In this document: in pieces, positions 41,842 through 54,236 of the stretch | Numbering within the stretch: the stretch's first letter is position 1 | Layout of the letters: every line of letters starts with the position of its first letter | Assembly (NCBI GenBank): GCA_951406725.2 | Contig: OX597820.1 | Location: 98,022,001 to 98,086,000 of the forward strand | Length of the DNA: 64,000 nucleotides | Source: Octopus vulgaris | Lineage: Eukaryota | Direction of reading: 5' to 3' | Made by a program: the position numbers and the translations under genes | Notes under the pieces: generated by a model | Told to the model about the DNA's origin: nothing | Database searches by the model: none | The model's input: the letters and a program-made list of their open reading frames with translations, nothing else

Positions 41842-42329
41842 CGTAACTTTATAGTAGGTTCGACGAGAATACTGAAGGAGTAGAAGATGGAAGGAAACCA
41901 CAGTTTATGAGCTGTTGATTTTGTTTTAGGTATTGTTGATGCTGTTGTTGCTTAATTTTGACTAAAAAGCTTTGTAATCAAAGGCATTTTAGTCAAGACC
42001 ATTTTTTCTTATTCAAGGGTTTTGAAACTATCTTATGTAATGAATATATCATTCATTTCTTTTTAAGATGTCATTTTGTGGTTCGAATGAGATTTGTCTG
42101 CGCATTCATTCAAGTAAAACTACTATATAGGATGATGCCCTTTCCTAATTCGTCCGTCCCTGGCTTTAGGAAGCAGTAAATCAAGATATAGAATTAACGC
42201 CATATACCAATATTTGTAACTGCGTTAACTAAGTCGAATAAAGCCAATTAACTTAATGTTGGTGCTTTATTTTAATTAGTTTCATCCAAAGGAAAGGTTT
42301 GTTCCCACTGGCTTCGTATATTCTCCAGA

Positions 42330-42665
42330 CCATTAAAATTGACTTACTTACATTTTCATGATTGCAGAAATGACATGTACAGGGGACAAATTCCAGATGG
42401 TTGCTATTCTGATAAGAATGGAGTAGGTATAGAGGTTACAGCAAAACCTGGGGCTGGTTACAATATAGATAATAAGAGGAGGTTAGACAAGTAAGCCTGT
42501 AATGTCTGCGTAAAAGTGACATAAGATCAGCTTAGCTCTGAAAAGCAGAGGTCACAATTGTAGCAGTAGAAGTGGCAAAGTGAGGAGACGGCACATCTGT
42601 GTACCAGACGTTAGGGTATATCAGAAAGCGATATTTATAACAATCAGTCGGGTGGCTGATTTTGG
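42330..42665 (-). pseudogene. Decayed LINE ORF2 C-terminal fragment (L2/CR1/Jockey group)
   Basis: Minus-strand LVHRCAVSSLCHFYCYNCDLCFSEL and IRIATIWNL resemble L..RR.VSSL.LFYRY..G.CSSEL and PRT..LWN.LP. Confidence 0.5.
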
Positions 42666-42669
42666 ATTC

Positions 42670-42880
42670 CTAGGGGATGCTGAAAACTTTTAGCTTTAAG
42701 GGTTTTGCCCAAGGCCTGATTGGAGGCCTACCCTTCCGAGTTCTGTTACATGGTTTTGAAAAACTGAAGGACTGCTGCAATACGTGTATGAATCATAGAA
42801 GGGAATGTGTTGAATAATACCATGATTAACTCCTCTATTTTCTTCTATCCAAAGCCAAAAACTTTCAGCACCTCTTCGTA
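42670..42880 (+). mobile_element. Mariner-derived MITE (~210 bp)
   Basis: TGCTGAAAAC..../..ACTTTCAGCA inverted ends and a decayed transposase C-terminus (GFEKLKD.C..C.E..G..VE*). A sibling lies at 48831-49054. Confidence 0.6.
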
Positions 42881-42974
42881 TGTATATAAAAGCCAGGTTC
42901 ATAATCTGTCAGTTTCTTTGGCAGATTCTCTAAGTTATGGGAACGTAAACACACCATCGCTGGTTTTCAAATGT

Positions 42975-43021
<47 letters not shown>

Positions 43022-43436
43022 TATATATATATATACACGTGTGTGTGCACGCGCATATATATACATACATAGAGAGTATATTGGCCAGGATACTGGGGTA
43101 GGTGGCTAGATCTTTCCTCAGGCCAGAGCCGTTTAACCAGCATACTTACCATATGCCGTTGCCACCCCCAGCACCACGGTGAGGAGAACGGTTGGGCTTT
43201 GGAGGGGGATATACATACATACATATACATATATATATATGGTATATATATAATTATTTGGTAAAAATGAAATTGAGTATGCTTATTTCTTAGTATTTAA
43301 ACTGTTAGAGTTATTTTCGCAATTTATTCAGTACAACTCTTAAACAAGTAAATAGTATTTTCCTAAACAATAGATCCACTTATTTCTGTCAGTGACTTAT
43401 TCACGAATATACCAACACTAGCGCCCCTGAGGGTAA

Positions 43437-43800
43437 TATTCTCTGCGAACGCACAAAAGCCCTTTTCAGAGTTATTTACTTTGAATTGATATTTTCTCAT
43501 ATCTGATTAGCATGTTATTACGTAACATGCTTCACGATTTTAGTATAAATACTGTATTAGTAATTCCTCCTATTTTCTATATTCTCTGTGAACGCATTAA
43601 AGCCCTTTTCGGGTCTACTTTATTTCAATTCTTAATATCGGGTAACTAATTTCTTGTTATTACATAACTGACTTCACAATTTGGGTTTTCATAACTTGTC
43701 GGAAATTCCTAAGAGCAAGACCCTGTGTAAGACAGTTCGGTATTCTCTGTAAATGCACAAAAACCGTTTTAAGGGCTGCTTACTTTGTATTCTTGTTACT
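43437..43800. repeat. Three-copy degenerate tandem repeat (period ~143-161 bp)
   Basis: TATTCTCTG(C/T)(G/A)AA(C/T)GCA..AAA.CC.TTTT begins at 43437, 43580 and 43741. Confidence 0.7.
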
Positions 43801-43959
43801 GAATAGGGGAAACATTTATGAGAACGGAACCAAGAGATAAGCCCCGCTTTCCCGGGAATTACCGGGTACTTCAGCTAGAATATAAATATGTATGTATATA
43901 TATATATATATATATATCAGCGACCAAAGTGTACGAACGCCGCTATATGTATATAAAAA

Positions 43960-44586
43960 GGAATACAAAAACTGGGACAAGAACACAAAACATCCAGACA
44001 GTGGATGCAAAAGAGGAGACAAGAAAAAACACAAACGGATCATTCGAAGTTTTGTTTTCTCAGTCGAGTTCCAGATTATCTTTGCAATTTCGGCTGGTTA
44101 TACTCGAAATTGCTCCAATTTGGCCAACCCCAGGGAAAAACTAAGTTAAAAGCATTAGATTTCTTGGAAGAAAGCAGCGAATGTATACGAAAACATGGAC
44201 GAAAAAAAAACGGAGAAATGATACACAAATTCAAAGGCAAATAACTGGATATAACAACAGGTGTCTTTCGACTAAGGACGAATTAAATTAAGCTGGCGTG
44301 TGTGAAGGTGAAACCTTACGGTAGGAACATGAGAGATGACTGTCACGGGGAGGAATATAGATGTTGCACGGATGGTAGTAGAACCAAGAAAGAAAGGTGA
44401 GGCTTGGCCGAACACCAGTCACGTGGAGAGAGAGAAGAGAGGTAGAGGCAGAGAGGCAGAAGAATTAGGGAGTGACGAGAAAAAATGTCGGGAGCGAAGT
44501 GAAAGAGTAGGGAAAGTAAGAATGGAGAGAAAGCCAGGAAATGTGAGAGATGGGCATCGAAAGAAAGAGTGGAAAGAACGAAGTAA
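43960..44586 (-). mobile_element. Family C non-coding element (~620 bp, Penelope-terminal-repeat-like)
   Basis: Colinear with 57226-57840 (for example ACAACAGGTGTCTTTCGACTAAGGACGAATT). Bounded by TA-rich tracts. Confidence 0.7.
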
Positions 44587-44885
44587 TATATATATATATA
44601 TACTGGATGGGTGTTCTTTCAGTCTCCGTCTACAAAATCTACTCGGAAAAATTTGGCCGGCCCGAGTCTCCGAGTCTATAGCAAAAGACTCTTGCCCAAA
44701 GTTTCACGGACTAGGACTGAAACCGGGACGATATGTTTGGGAAGGAAACATCTTACCGCACAGCAACTCTTGCGCCTTCATGTATTTGTGTGTATGTATG
44801 CATACGTGCATGTATGTACATGCATATATACATATACATATATATATACATACACACATATATATATAAATATATATATATATAA

Positions 44886-45529
44886 TATAATTAATTAATA
44901 AGGGTGAGAGAATTAGATACTAATTTAATAGTATATCTATTGGATTAACTGGTGCTAGAGTGAGCCATATAGTGACCACTCTCTTATATTTATTTTGTAA
45001 AAATATTATAATATATTATAAAATATTATAATAATCCAGGTTTCTCGAAGCACTAGGCCACTTGGTGTAGAATAGATATACTATTAAATTAGTATCTAAT
45101 TCTCTCACCCTTATTAATTAATTATAATTATGCTGCATTTATTTCTAAATGCTGTATTTGTTTTCCGTGAAAGTTTGGCGCGCTGTTAGTTGGGGCATTT
45201 GAATTATAACGTCGGATGTAATCAATTGAACCACACGCGTATTTATCGTTATGGTAAAATCTGGCGTGTGATTGAGTGGATTTCATCCAGATAGTTTTGG
45301 CTGAAGAGCTACAAGTGGATTTTATTGTAAGTAAAATTACATTTAATTCATTAATAGCGAAACAATTGTCCCAAAATAATCTGTATTTGTTATTTTTTAT
45401 TTGCCCTGTCCGTGTGAGCTAACAATCGTACTGACTTTCATGGGAAACATGTATTTTTGTGGTTGAAACCTTTTGGATTAACTGGTGCTAGAGTGAGCCA
45501 TATAGTGACCACTCTCTTATATTTATTTT
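44886..45529 (+). mobile_element. Terminally redundant hammerhead-bearing element with inverted tail (Penelope pLTR / retrozyme-like)
   Basis: Perfect 57-bp direct repeat at 44940-44996 and 45473-45529. Perfect 56-bp inverted repeat at 44886-44941 and 45071-45126. Hammerhead at 45295-45376. (TA)-rich flanks. Confidence 0.85.
45295..45376 (+). ncRNA. Type I hammerhead ribozyme with canonical core and palindromic helix III
   Basis: UUUUGG-CUGAAGA-GCUA [43 nt] UAGC-GAA-ACAAUUGU-C-CCAAAA. All core nucleotides and three helices are present; predicted cleavage is after C45370. Confidence 0.88.
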
Positions 45530-45533
45530 ATAT

Positions 45534-45604
<71 letters not shown>

Positions 45605-45911
45605 ACTTATAAATAAGGGCAAACGAACAAATTTCTAATGCTAAATATGCCGAAATTGAACATATTGTCCATAATCATATTATTTTTCACAATACGCACG
45701 CTACTCGAAAAAAGGTCGACAAAAATTCCTAAAAAATTCCATTATTACCATATCGAACTGATGTCAGGGTTAGTTCGTAAGAACCCTCCCTTCGTCAGTG
45801 ATAAATGTGGCAAAGAAATAAATGAGATACTTACTCATACCCATGGAAGAAGCAAAACACTAAGTCATGAGCACAACTAAGGACTTAATGTTTTGCTTCT
45901 TCCATACATAC

Positions 45912-45944
<33 letters not shown>

Positions 45945-46318
45945 AGTGAACATAAAACGTCTGTACACAGGTGTACAGGCGTAGAAAATGTAAGAGATTT
46001 GACAGACAATTAGATACAAATAAATTGACATACGCGCACACATAAATACATACATACAGAGAGGGAGAGAGAGAAAGAAAGAGAGCAAAAGAGAGAGATA
46101 GAGAGAAAGATAGGCAGACCGAAGAAAGAGGTGCAGAGAAGAATGATAGGCGAATAAAGAAAGATAAGATTGTTAGTAGTAATTATAATTATAGAAGAGA
46201 AGGAATTGAAAGATGGCCGGTGTTACGTTTTTGTTTATTTATTTATGTTATCAAGTCCTCGTGTGTCGGTTGGCACTTCCTGGACTTATACGTATTCTCA
46301 TTAAGACGTGTGTATGTT

Positions 46319-46359
<41 letters not shown>

Positions 46360-46914
46360 ATATATATATATTTATATATGTACATATATGTATAAATGTA
46401 TGTGCGTGTATGTGTGAACGTCTGTGTCCATGTATGCTCATATATATATATATATATATATGTACATATGAAAGTATATTTCTATATGTATGCATATTGG
46501 TCGACCTGGTTTAATGGACAGCTCAGGCTTCTTAGTCTGGCTACGAACAGGAAGTTTTTCTGCTAACGCCACAACCTCTCTAACTTGTGTATTTTCCTGT
46601 GCATACACACGGCCCCATATACATGCACACCCGCGCATACACACATATATACTGTCACTTACAATTAAACACGTAGAAAGAGACGTAAATACATGTAGAG
46701 TAAAAGCGTACGAGTATAGTAAATCAAACATGCAAACAGGAAAGTGTGGGGGGAGAGTGTGTGGGAGAAAAAAAAGAGAGAGAGGGAGAGAGGGGATAGT
46801 CAGTGGGAGGGAGGGGATAGTCAGAGGCAGGGAGGAGAGAGAGAGGGAGAGACAGAAAGACAGAGAGGGAAAGAAAGAGGGGGGTAGATGGAGATAAGCC
46901 GAGAGAAAGAGAAA

Positions 46915-47045
46915 TAAAGAAGGAAAGAAAGAAAGAAAGAAAGAAAGAAAGAAGGAAAGAAAGAAAGAAGGAAAGAAGGAAAGAAACAAAGAAGGAAAGA
47001 AAGAAAGAAAGAAAGAAGGAAAGAAAGAAAGAAAGAAGGAAAGAG
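46915..47045. repeat. (GAAA/GAAG)n microsatellite
   Basis: Read directly from the sequence. Confidence 0.9.
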
Positions 47046-47221
47046 AAAAGTATGCTTATATAAACATACATGGACAATCAAACATGTCCGCAAAAACACT
47101 CACTGTTATGATTAGGAATAAGATTTCAGACAAACGCACGCAGAAATATGCTCAAAATGGCACACTTACAATCTTAGAAATACATTCACACATATACACA
47201 CGTACACTCATATAAGCACGT

Positions 47222-47263
<42 letters not shown>

Positions 47264-47640
47264 GCACGCGCGCTGATACACGCTCAGCTGCTCGCAAACT
47301 TAGTGACATGTGTCTGTACGTTGATAATTCAATATACTATTGTTTAACTCGGGGCCCGCTGAGTTTGAGCATATCTAGAACTACACTCAGCCTAGCTGTG
47401 ACCAGATCACTGGAATTACCTCATTGTTCATATGTTTTCCCGAAGGTGTTTCTCGCTGGTGCAATATTCACTACTACAAGAACGTAATTCTCGTCAATCT
47501 GACTGATTCTAGAAATTCTGCGTGGTCCAGGGAATATGTAACTTAATATGTTATAGTCTTCTCTGCAATACTAGCGGGGCCCCAGCATGGACGCAGCTTT
47601 TGGGTTGAAATGTATTACAGAATAAAAGAAGGAAAGGTTA

Positions 47641-47907
47641 TAGGATCGCGGTTTCGATTCCCAAAGCGGGCGTTGTGAGTGTTTATTGAGCGAAAACACC
47701 TAAAGCTCCACGAATCTCCAGCAGGGGGTGGTGGCGATCCCTGCTGTACTCTTTCGCCATAACTTTCTCTCACTCTTTCTTCTCTTGGCCTGCTCGCTTA
47801 GCCAGCGGGGTGGCGTCATTTGAAGGCTAAAACAATGCGAAGCGCATTGTGACCAGCGATGTGTAGCAACATCTGATAGCCTGGCCGGTCACGGTGATCA
47901 CGGTGAT
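47641..47907 (+). mobile_element. SINE family 3 (RTE-tailed)
   Basis: B-box-like GGTTTCGATTCCC. The body is shared with 59059-59240, and the tail with 3198-3300 and the RTE 3' end at ~8945-8990. Confidence 0.85.
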
Positions 47908-47921
47908 ATGCATATATATAT

Positions 47922-47974
<53 letters not shown>

Positions 47975-48537
47975 CATATACATATACATAGATATCTTTA
48001 TATATTTACATATATATATATACATACTCGTACATACTCAGTTAAAGTTGCCCTCATACCACCACCGTTCGAACACCCATGACCAATTCACCTCTCCACC
48101 TCTCGATTCTCATGCGGCGTTCACGACCACCGGTCACATGCTAATAAATATATCCAGTCCTTCCATCCGTACCCCAAATTTTTTTTGTCCCTCTGGAATC
48201 TTCTCTGTGCTCATAATTTTCCTCAGTGTGTTAAATTACCACAGTTTAAACGAAACATTAACGGCATCAGTTTCACCTGTCTCAGAGGATTATAAAGACC
48301 GGGGGCGTTCCCTCTTCGTCTAGGCTCAGCAAATAGCGCGCGCGCACACACACAGACACACATATATATTCCAGTGGGTGACAAGTTCAAAAGGGCTAAG
48401 TGCTGCCACTTAGAATAAAGAACTTAAAGTCTGAGAGTAAATAAATATCTATCCATAATCGTTAGCGGGTCAAATATATTTTGTCGGATCAACGGTTATA
48501 GATTAAGTGTATACATGCATGTATATATATGTATATA

Positions 48538-48604
<67 letters not shown>

Positions 48605-48805
48605 CAGGATGCCATGATAGATCGTTGGCTCCTACACGCATTTTTTTTTCTCTCCTTGTTTTTTTTCTGTGTATCTTTCTGTCGAAGAGCGTAGGCTCGA
48701 AACGTAAAAGACTTTTTCTATTCATGAGCGCTATACTAATACATTTGTTTGTTTGTACTCCACCTGCCTTCGTCTTTTATTTATTTTCGTAAACTTTCCC
48801 TTTAC
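48605..48805 (+). mobile_element. ~200-bp hammerhead-bearing non-coding element in (TA)n
   Basis: A unique 200 bp between two (TA)n arrays, centred on the motif at 48674-48711. Confidence 0.7.
48674..48711 (+). ncRNA. Minimal hammerhead variant (core CUGUCGA, helix III ACGU)
   Basis: UCUUU-CUGUCGA-A-GAGC guag GCUC-GAA-ACGU-A-AAAGA. Helix I (5 bp) and helix II (4 bp) are perfect and the site is GUA; there is an A6U deviation. Confidence 0.72.
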
Positions 48806-48830
48806 ATATATATATATATATATATATATA

Positions 48831-49054
48831 CACGAAATGGTGCTGAAAATTTCCAGGCTTTGGATAAAAGTAAATACAACAGGATCTGTTAATTGTAATT
48901 TTATTCAACATATTCCCCTCTTAGGTTCACACACTTATTACAGAGGTCCCTTAGTTTTTCTAAGCACTGTAAAAGAACTCAGAAAGTTGGGCCTCCAGCC
49001 AGGCCATTCACGATGCCCTTAAAACCAGGAATTTTTCAATACCCACCTCCTGTA
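48831..49054 (-). mobile_element. Mariner-derived MITE, sibling of 42670-42880
   Basis: Reverse-complement similarity along its length (GCTTTGGATA, ATTCAACATATTCCC, GGCCTCCA..CAGGCC). Confidence 0.6.
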
Positions 49055-49082
49055 TGTGTGTGTGTGTGTACATATATATCTT

Positions 49083-49480
49083 TTATGTTTTACTTGTTTT
49101 AGTCATTAGATTGTGGCCATGCTTGGGCACCACTTTGAAGAATCTTTTGTGGAATGAATCGACTCCATTACTTATAATTTTTTAAGACTGGTACTTATTG
49201 TGTCGGTTTTTATTGAAACCCTATGTCACGGGGACGTAAACACACCAACACCGGCTGTCATGCAGTGGTGGTAACCACAGGCACAGACAAAGATACGCAG
49301 ACACACAAACACACAAACACACGTTTGCTTCGGGCTTCTTTCATTTTCCGTCAAGCGAATCCATTCATAAGGTCCGAGGATGTAGTAGAAGATACTTCCC
49401 AAAGGTTCCTTGCAGCGGAACTGAACCCGTTACCATAATATTGGGAAGCAAGCTTCTTACCACGTAGCTACAGCTGCATG
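49083..49480 (-). mobile_element. Diverged SINE family 1
   Basis: TTTACTTGTTTTAGTCA tail, GGGACGTAAACACACC, ACTGAACCC and CTTACCAC. Confidence 0.7.
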
Positions 49481-49830
49481 TACACATACACACACAAACT
49501 TGCGCTCGCACATAATCAAACACGCACACGCACGCTGTCACACACACACACACATACAAGCACTTGGAATTGTGTTATGCTAAAGAGACTCCTCAACACC
49601 CCTGGATTTTGAGCAGGTGCGATACATTTGCTTCCTGTGGGTGTGAGAACTAATTGCACTCTACGCATACACGCCCAAACGCACATAACGGAATGGGCAA
49701 ACACAGTATATCTTTCTCCCCCCCTCTCTCTCTCTATCTATTTATATATGTGTGTGTGTGTGTATATAAATATATACCGTGTTTGACCATGTATGTATGT
49801 ATGTATGTATGTATATATATATATATATAT

Positions 49831-50231
49831 AGGAGTGGCTGTGTGGTAAGTAGCTTGCTAACCAACCACATGGTTCCGGGTTCAGACCCACTGCGTGGCA
49901 TCTTGGGCAAGTGTCTTCTGCTATAGCCCCGGGCCTTGTGAGTGGATTTAGTAGACGGAAACTGAAAGAATCCTGTCGTATATATGTATATATATGTATA
50001 TATGTATGTGTGTGTGTGTGTTTGTGTGTCTGTGTTTGTCCCCCTAGCATTGCTTGACAACCGATGCTGGTGTGTTTACGTCCCTGTCACTTAGCGGTTC
50101 GGCAAAAGAGACCGATAGAATAAGTACTGGGCTTACAAAGAATAAGTCTCGGGGCGGAGTTGCTCGACTAAAGGCGGTGCTCCAGCATGGCCGCAGTCAA
50201 ATGACTGAAACAATTAAAAGAGAGAAAAGAG
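49831..50231 (+). mobile_element. tRNA-derived SINE family 1
   Basis: Close match to 2274-2697. Confidence 0.9.
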
Positions 50232-50235
50232 TATA

Positions 50236-50747
50236 CCGTAAAACCTCGAGTATAATCCGCATTTTTCCCGAAAATTTAAAGGTTAAAATCCCTAGTGCAT
50301 ACTATATACGAGGTTAAAAATGAAACTTATTTTCTAAGCAATGTCCGAGTCTCTATTTGCTGTCCGGCAATGTTTATTCAGACGCATTTTGTGATGTCGG
50401 GCGCGAAAATACCTTAAGCTAAGCCTGAAAGCAATGAAGTCATAAAAGAATCATCCATAACTAGCAGTAAGCAACATTTATTAAACGTCATTACTGTTAT
50501 TTCTTTATTTTCTGCAAACAAAATGCACAAAAAAGTTACACGTTTGCATTATGTTATATATACAATAATAATAAAGGACGTTACCGTAAACATTTTTACG
50601 AAACAAGGAGGTTATATAGACCTCCTTTGACTCAAGTTAGTGAAGGGGTGCGTATTATACACAAGTGTTAGGTTTTTCAGAAGTATAACCCCCTAAAAAT
50701 CCCCTGCGTATTATACTCAAGGGTGGACTATACTCGAAGATTTGCGG
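50236..50747. mobile_element. 512-bp MITE with TA target duplication (pogo/Tc1-mariner-type ends)
   Basis: TA|CCGTAAAACCTCGAGTATAATCCGC ... GTGGACTATACTCGAAGATTTGCGG|TA, with repeated subterminal TGCGTATTATAC motifs. Confidence 0.75.
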
Positions 50748-51496
50748 TATCCGTGTCTGTGTCTGTTTATGAATGTATGTATGTATACATTGGTTTATAA
50801 TTTTGGCACAAGACCAACAATTTTGGGGATGAAATGAAGCCTATTACGTAGCCCCTTTTGCTTTTAAGAGGTAAATTTGATCTCAGAATGTGAAGACGGA
50901 CAAAATGCCGCTAAGTACTTTTCACGGTGCACATATTGACCACAGTTAGCAGTGAATTTCGCATGACTGTAGCAAATCCTCTAGAATACTTTCTACGCAA
51001 ATATTCATATGCTACAGTCTAACCACATTGCCTGTTATGTGTAGCACATGTAATTCATAGGACATTTTTTACCCTTGACGTACTTGCATCATATATAATA
51101 TACGTTATTAATTTCTTTCAGCCATTTTAATTTGGGACTTATGAAAAGATTGCTTTTTATTGCTCAGAAAATACAGAGCAAGGACTAAACATTAGTCTGA
51201 AAACAAGTATACGCGTTGAAGATAACAAACTCATTAAATCTATTTGGACAAGCAAAGAAGCATTTTTTGTTAGCTTTCAACGCTGTGTTCCCTTTGTTAG
51301 GTAATATATGAAGAGAGCCGGAACCTGCTAGGGCTTATCTGGCCAAGCTGTAAAACAACAGAAAGCGAAAGACTTTGGAGCACTCCTCCTTACAACAGTA
51401 GTTTATGGAACTTGCTCTTGGAACACACACACACACAAACACACACATACACACACACAGAAAGATAATCAGGAAAAGTAATATGATAGTTATTGT

Positions 51497-51910
51497 AGGT
51501 GTGGCTGTGTGGTAAGTAGCTTGCTAACCAACCACATGATTCCGGGTTCAGTCCCACTGCGTGGCATCTTGGGCAAGTGTCTTCTGCTATAGCCTCGGGC
51601 CGACCAAAACCTTGTGAGTGGATTTGGTAGACGGAAACTGAAAGAAGCCTGTCGTATATATGTGTATATATATATGTATGTGTGTGTATATGTTTGTGTG
51701 TCTGAGTTTGTCCCTCTAGCATTGCTTGACAACCGATACTGGTGTGTTTACGTCCCCGTCACTTAGCGGTTCGGGAAAAAAGACCGATAGAATAAGTACT
51801 GGGCTTACAAAGAATAAGTCCTGGGGTCGATTTGCTCGACTAAAGGCGGTGCTCCAGCATGGTCGCAGTCAAATGACTGAAACAAGTAAAAGACTAAAGA
51901 GTAAAAAGAG
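51497..51910 (+). mobile_element. tRNA-derived SINE family 1
   Basis: Close match to 2274-2697 and 49831-50231. Confidence 0.9.
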
Positions 51911-52323
51911 CTATCGCACAGACATATAGAAAGAGATACATGAAGATTAATAAATGGAAACAGTCATATCTAGACACCTCATTTCGCACTCACATATAAG
52001 TATATACACAGAGATAATGATGTTAATAGATATTAACAGACAAATTACAATCACACAAACACAAGCACACACACACACATATACACATGGGCACCACCAG
52101 ACAAACTAACAGACGCTAGCGCGCACACGAATCTTACCTATACACCTACACTGAATAACAAAAATCCCAACATACATATACAGACATAATAGCATACACT
52201 TGAAATTACACACAAACATCTATGAAAAACGCGATCACATACATACTAACAATCACATACAAACATTCACATACACATTTATACACTCAGATAGACAAAA
52301 ACCATAAACAGGTACATATTTAG

Positions 52324-52680
<357 letters not shown>

Positions 52681-52796
52681 TGTATATATATATATATATA
52701 TATACATACACATATATATATAAACAAGTAGCGTGCACGCACACATGATACGCACATATATGATACGCACGTGCACATGAATGGGCAAACACACAC

Positions 52797-52832
<36 letters not shown>

Positions 52833-53753
52833 GGAAGTAGAGGTAGACGGTCTTAGATGATATTGAGATGATCCAATAGACCGTCAGTTAACCTACTACA
52901 ATGATGAATACAACCGTATGATCAAACCTTAAGTAACCAGCTAAATGTCAATCCTGAACATAACCACAAGGCTACATTTTCAAGTCGTTTTCAAGAAGGT
53001 CGGACCACACACTTAGAGAAAACACACACACGGATATACAATACATATACCAATGCATGGTATGCACACACCGATCAACTAGAGCATGTGTATGCATGCT
53101 TGCACATACACACACACATACATATACAAATACATAAACATACATCCACAAGCACAGAAGTCTGTGTAGGTGTATGTATGTATGTGAGTTAAGGCTTCGT
53201 TATGTTTATATATATAAATATACATACATGTGCAAATGTATGAATGTGTTTGTATGAATAAGCATATTGGGTGGAATCGAAAGATGCCTGTTATGCTGTT
53301 GTTTATTTACCTACACATCCGCGCGCTCGAAACATACTCGCATGTATGTATGTCTATAGATATATACATACTTACATACATACATATATATATATATACA
53401 CACACACAGAGAAAGAGAGGGAGAAGCAGTGAAAGAGAGAGAGGGAGAAGCAGAGAAAGAGAGAGAGGGAGAGAGGAAAGAATTTACATACATATATAAG
53501 CGTGTCTGTTAAGATGTATCACAAGGTAAAACCTTGTGTATATATTTTACATGTGAATAATGCAATACACACACACACACACACATACACACACACACAT
53601 ACACACACATGCACACACACAAACACAAACAATACAGACACACATATATATCGGATATATATCTGGTATATATCATATATAATATATATATTTTATCTAT
53701 CTGTCTATCTATCTTCTAATCTATCATTCCCTCTATCTACTCTCTACTATCTA

Positions 53754-53812
<59 letters not shown>

Positions 53813-53859
53813 CACACACACACACACACACACCCATATATGTGTGTGTGTGTGTGTGT

Positions 53860-53891
<32 letters not shown>

Positions 53892-54236
53892 GTATGTATA
53901 CATATATATATATGTGTAATAAAAACAGACGAATGAATTATATGGTATTGCTATAATGTTTCATTAAAGGTCTTATGATATAGCATTGCAACATCGCACA
54001 TGCGGGTATGCACGGCATGCAACATCTATAAGATTATGCAATACGTTAACTTTAATTCTCTCAACTCTTCAGGCGCCACTATAATGCTGATAGGTGAGTA
54101 AATTGATATTCCGTCAGTTTAACTAGTTCAACGAATTGTTTATCTCTTGACTCGTGTCATACTGTCTCGCCATCAAGTGTGGTGTGCTTCACTTTGATAG
54201 GCCTTGATCTATTAAGTAGGTCCCCTTTATTCTATA

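Noticed and set aside
43437-43800. Spaced repeats as a CRISPR-like array
   Set aside because: The units are degenerate, long and unevenly spaced, in eukaryotic DNA with no cas genes.
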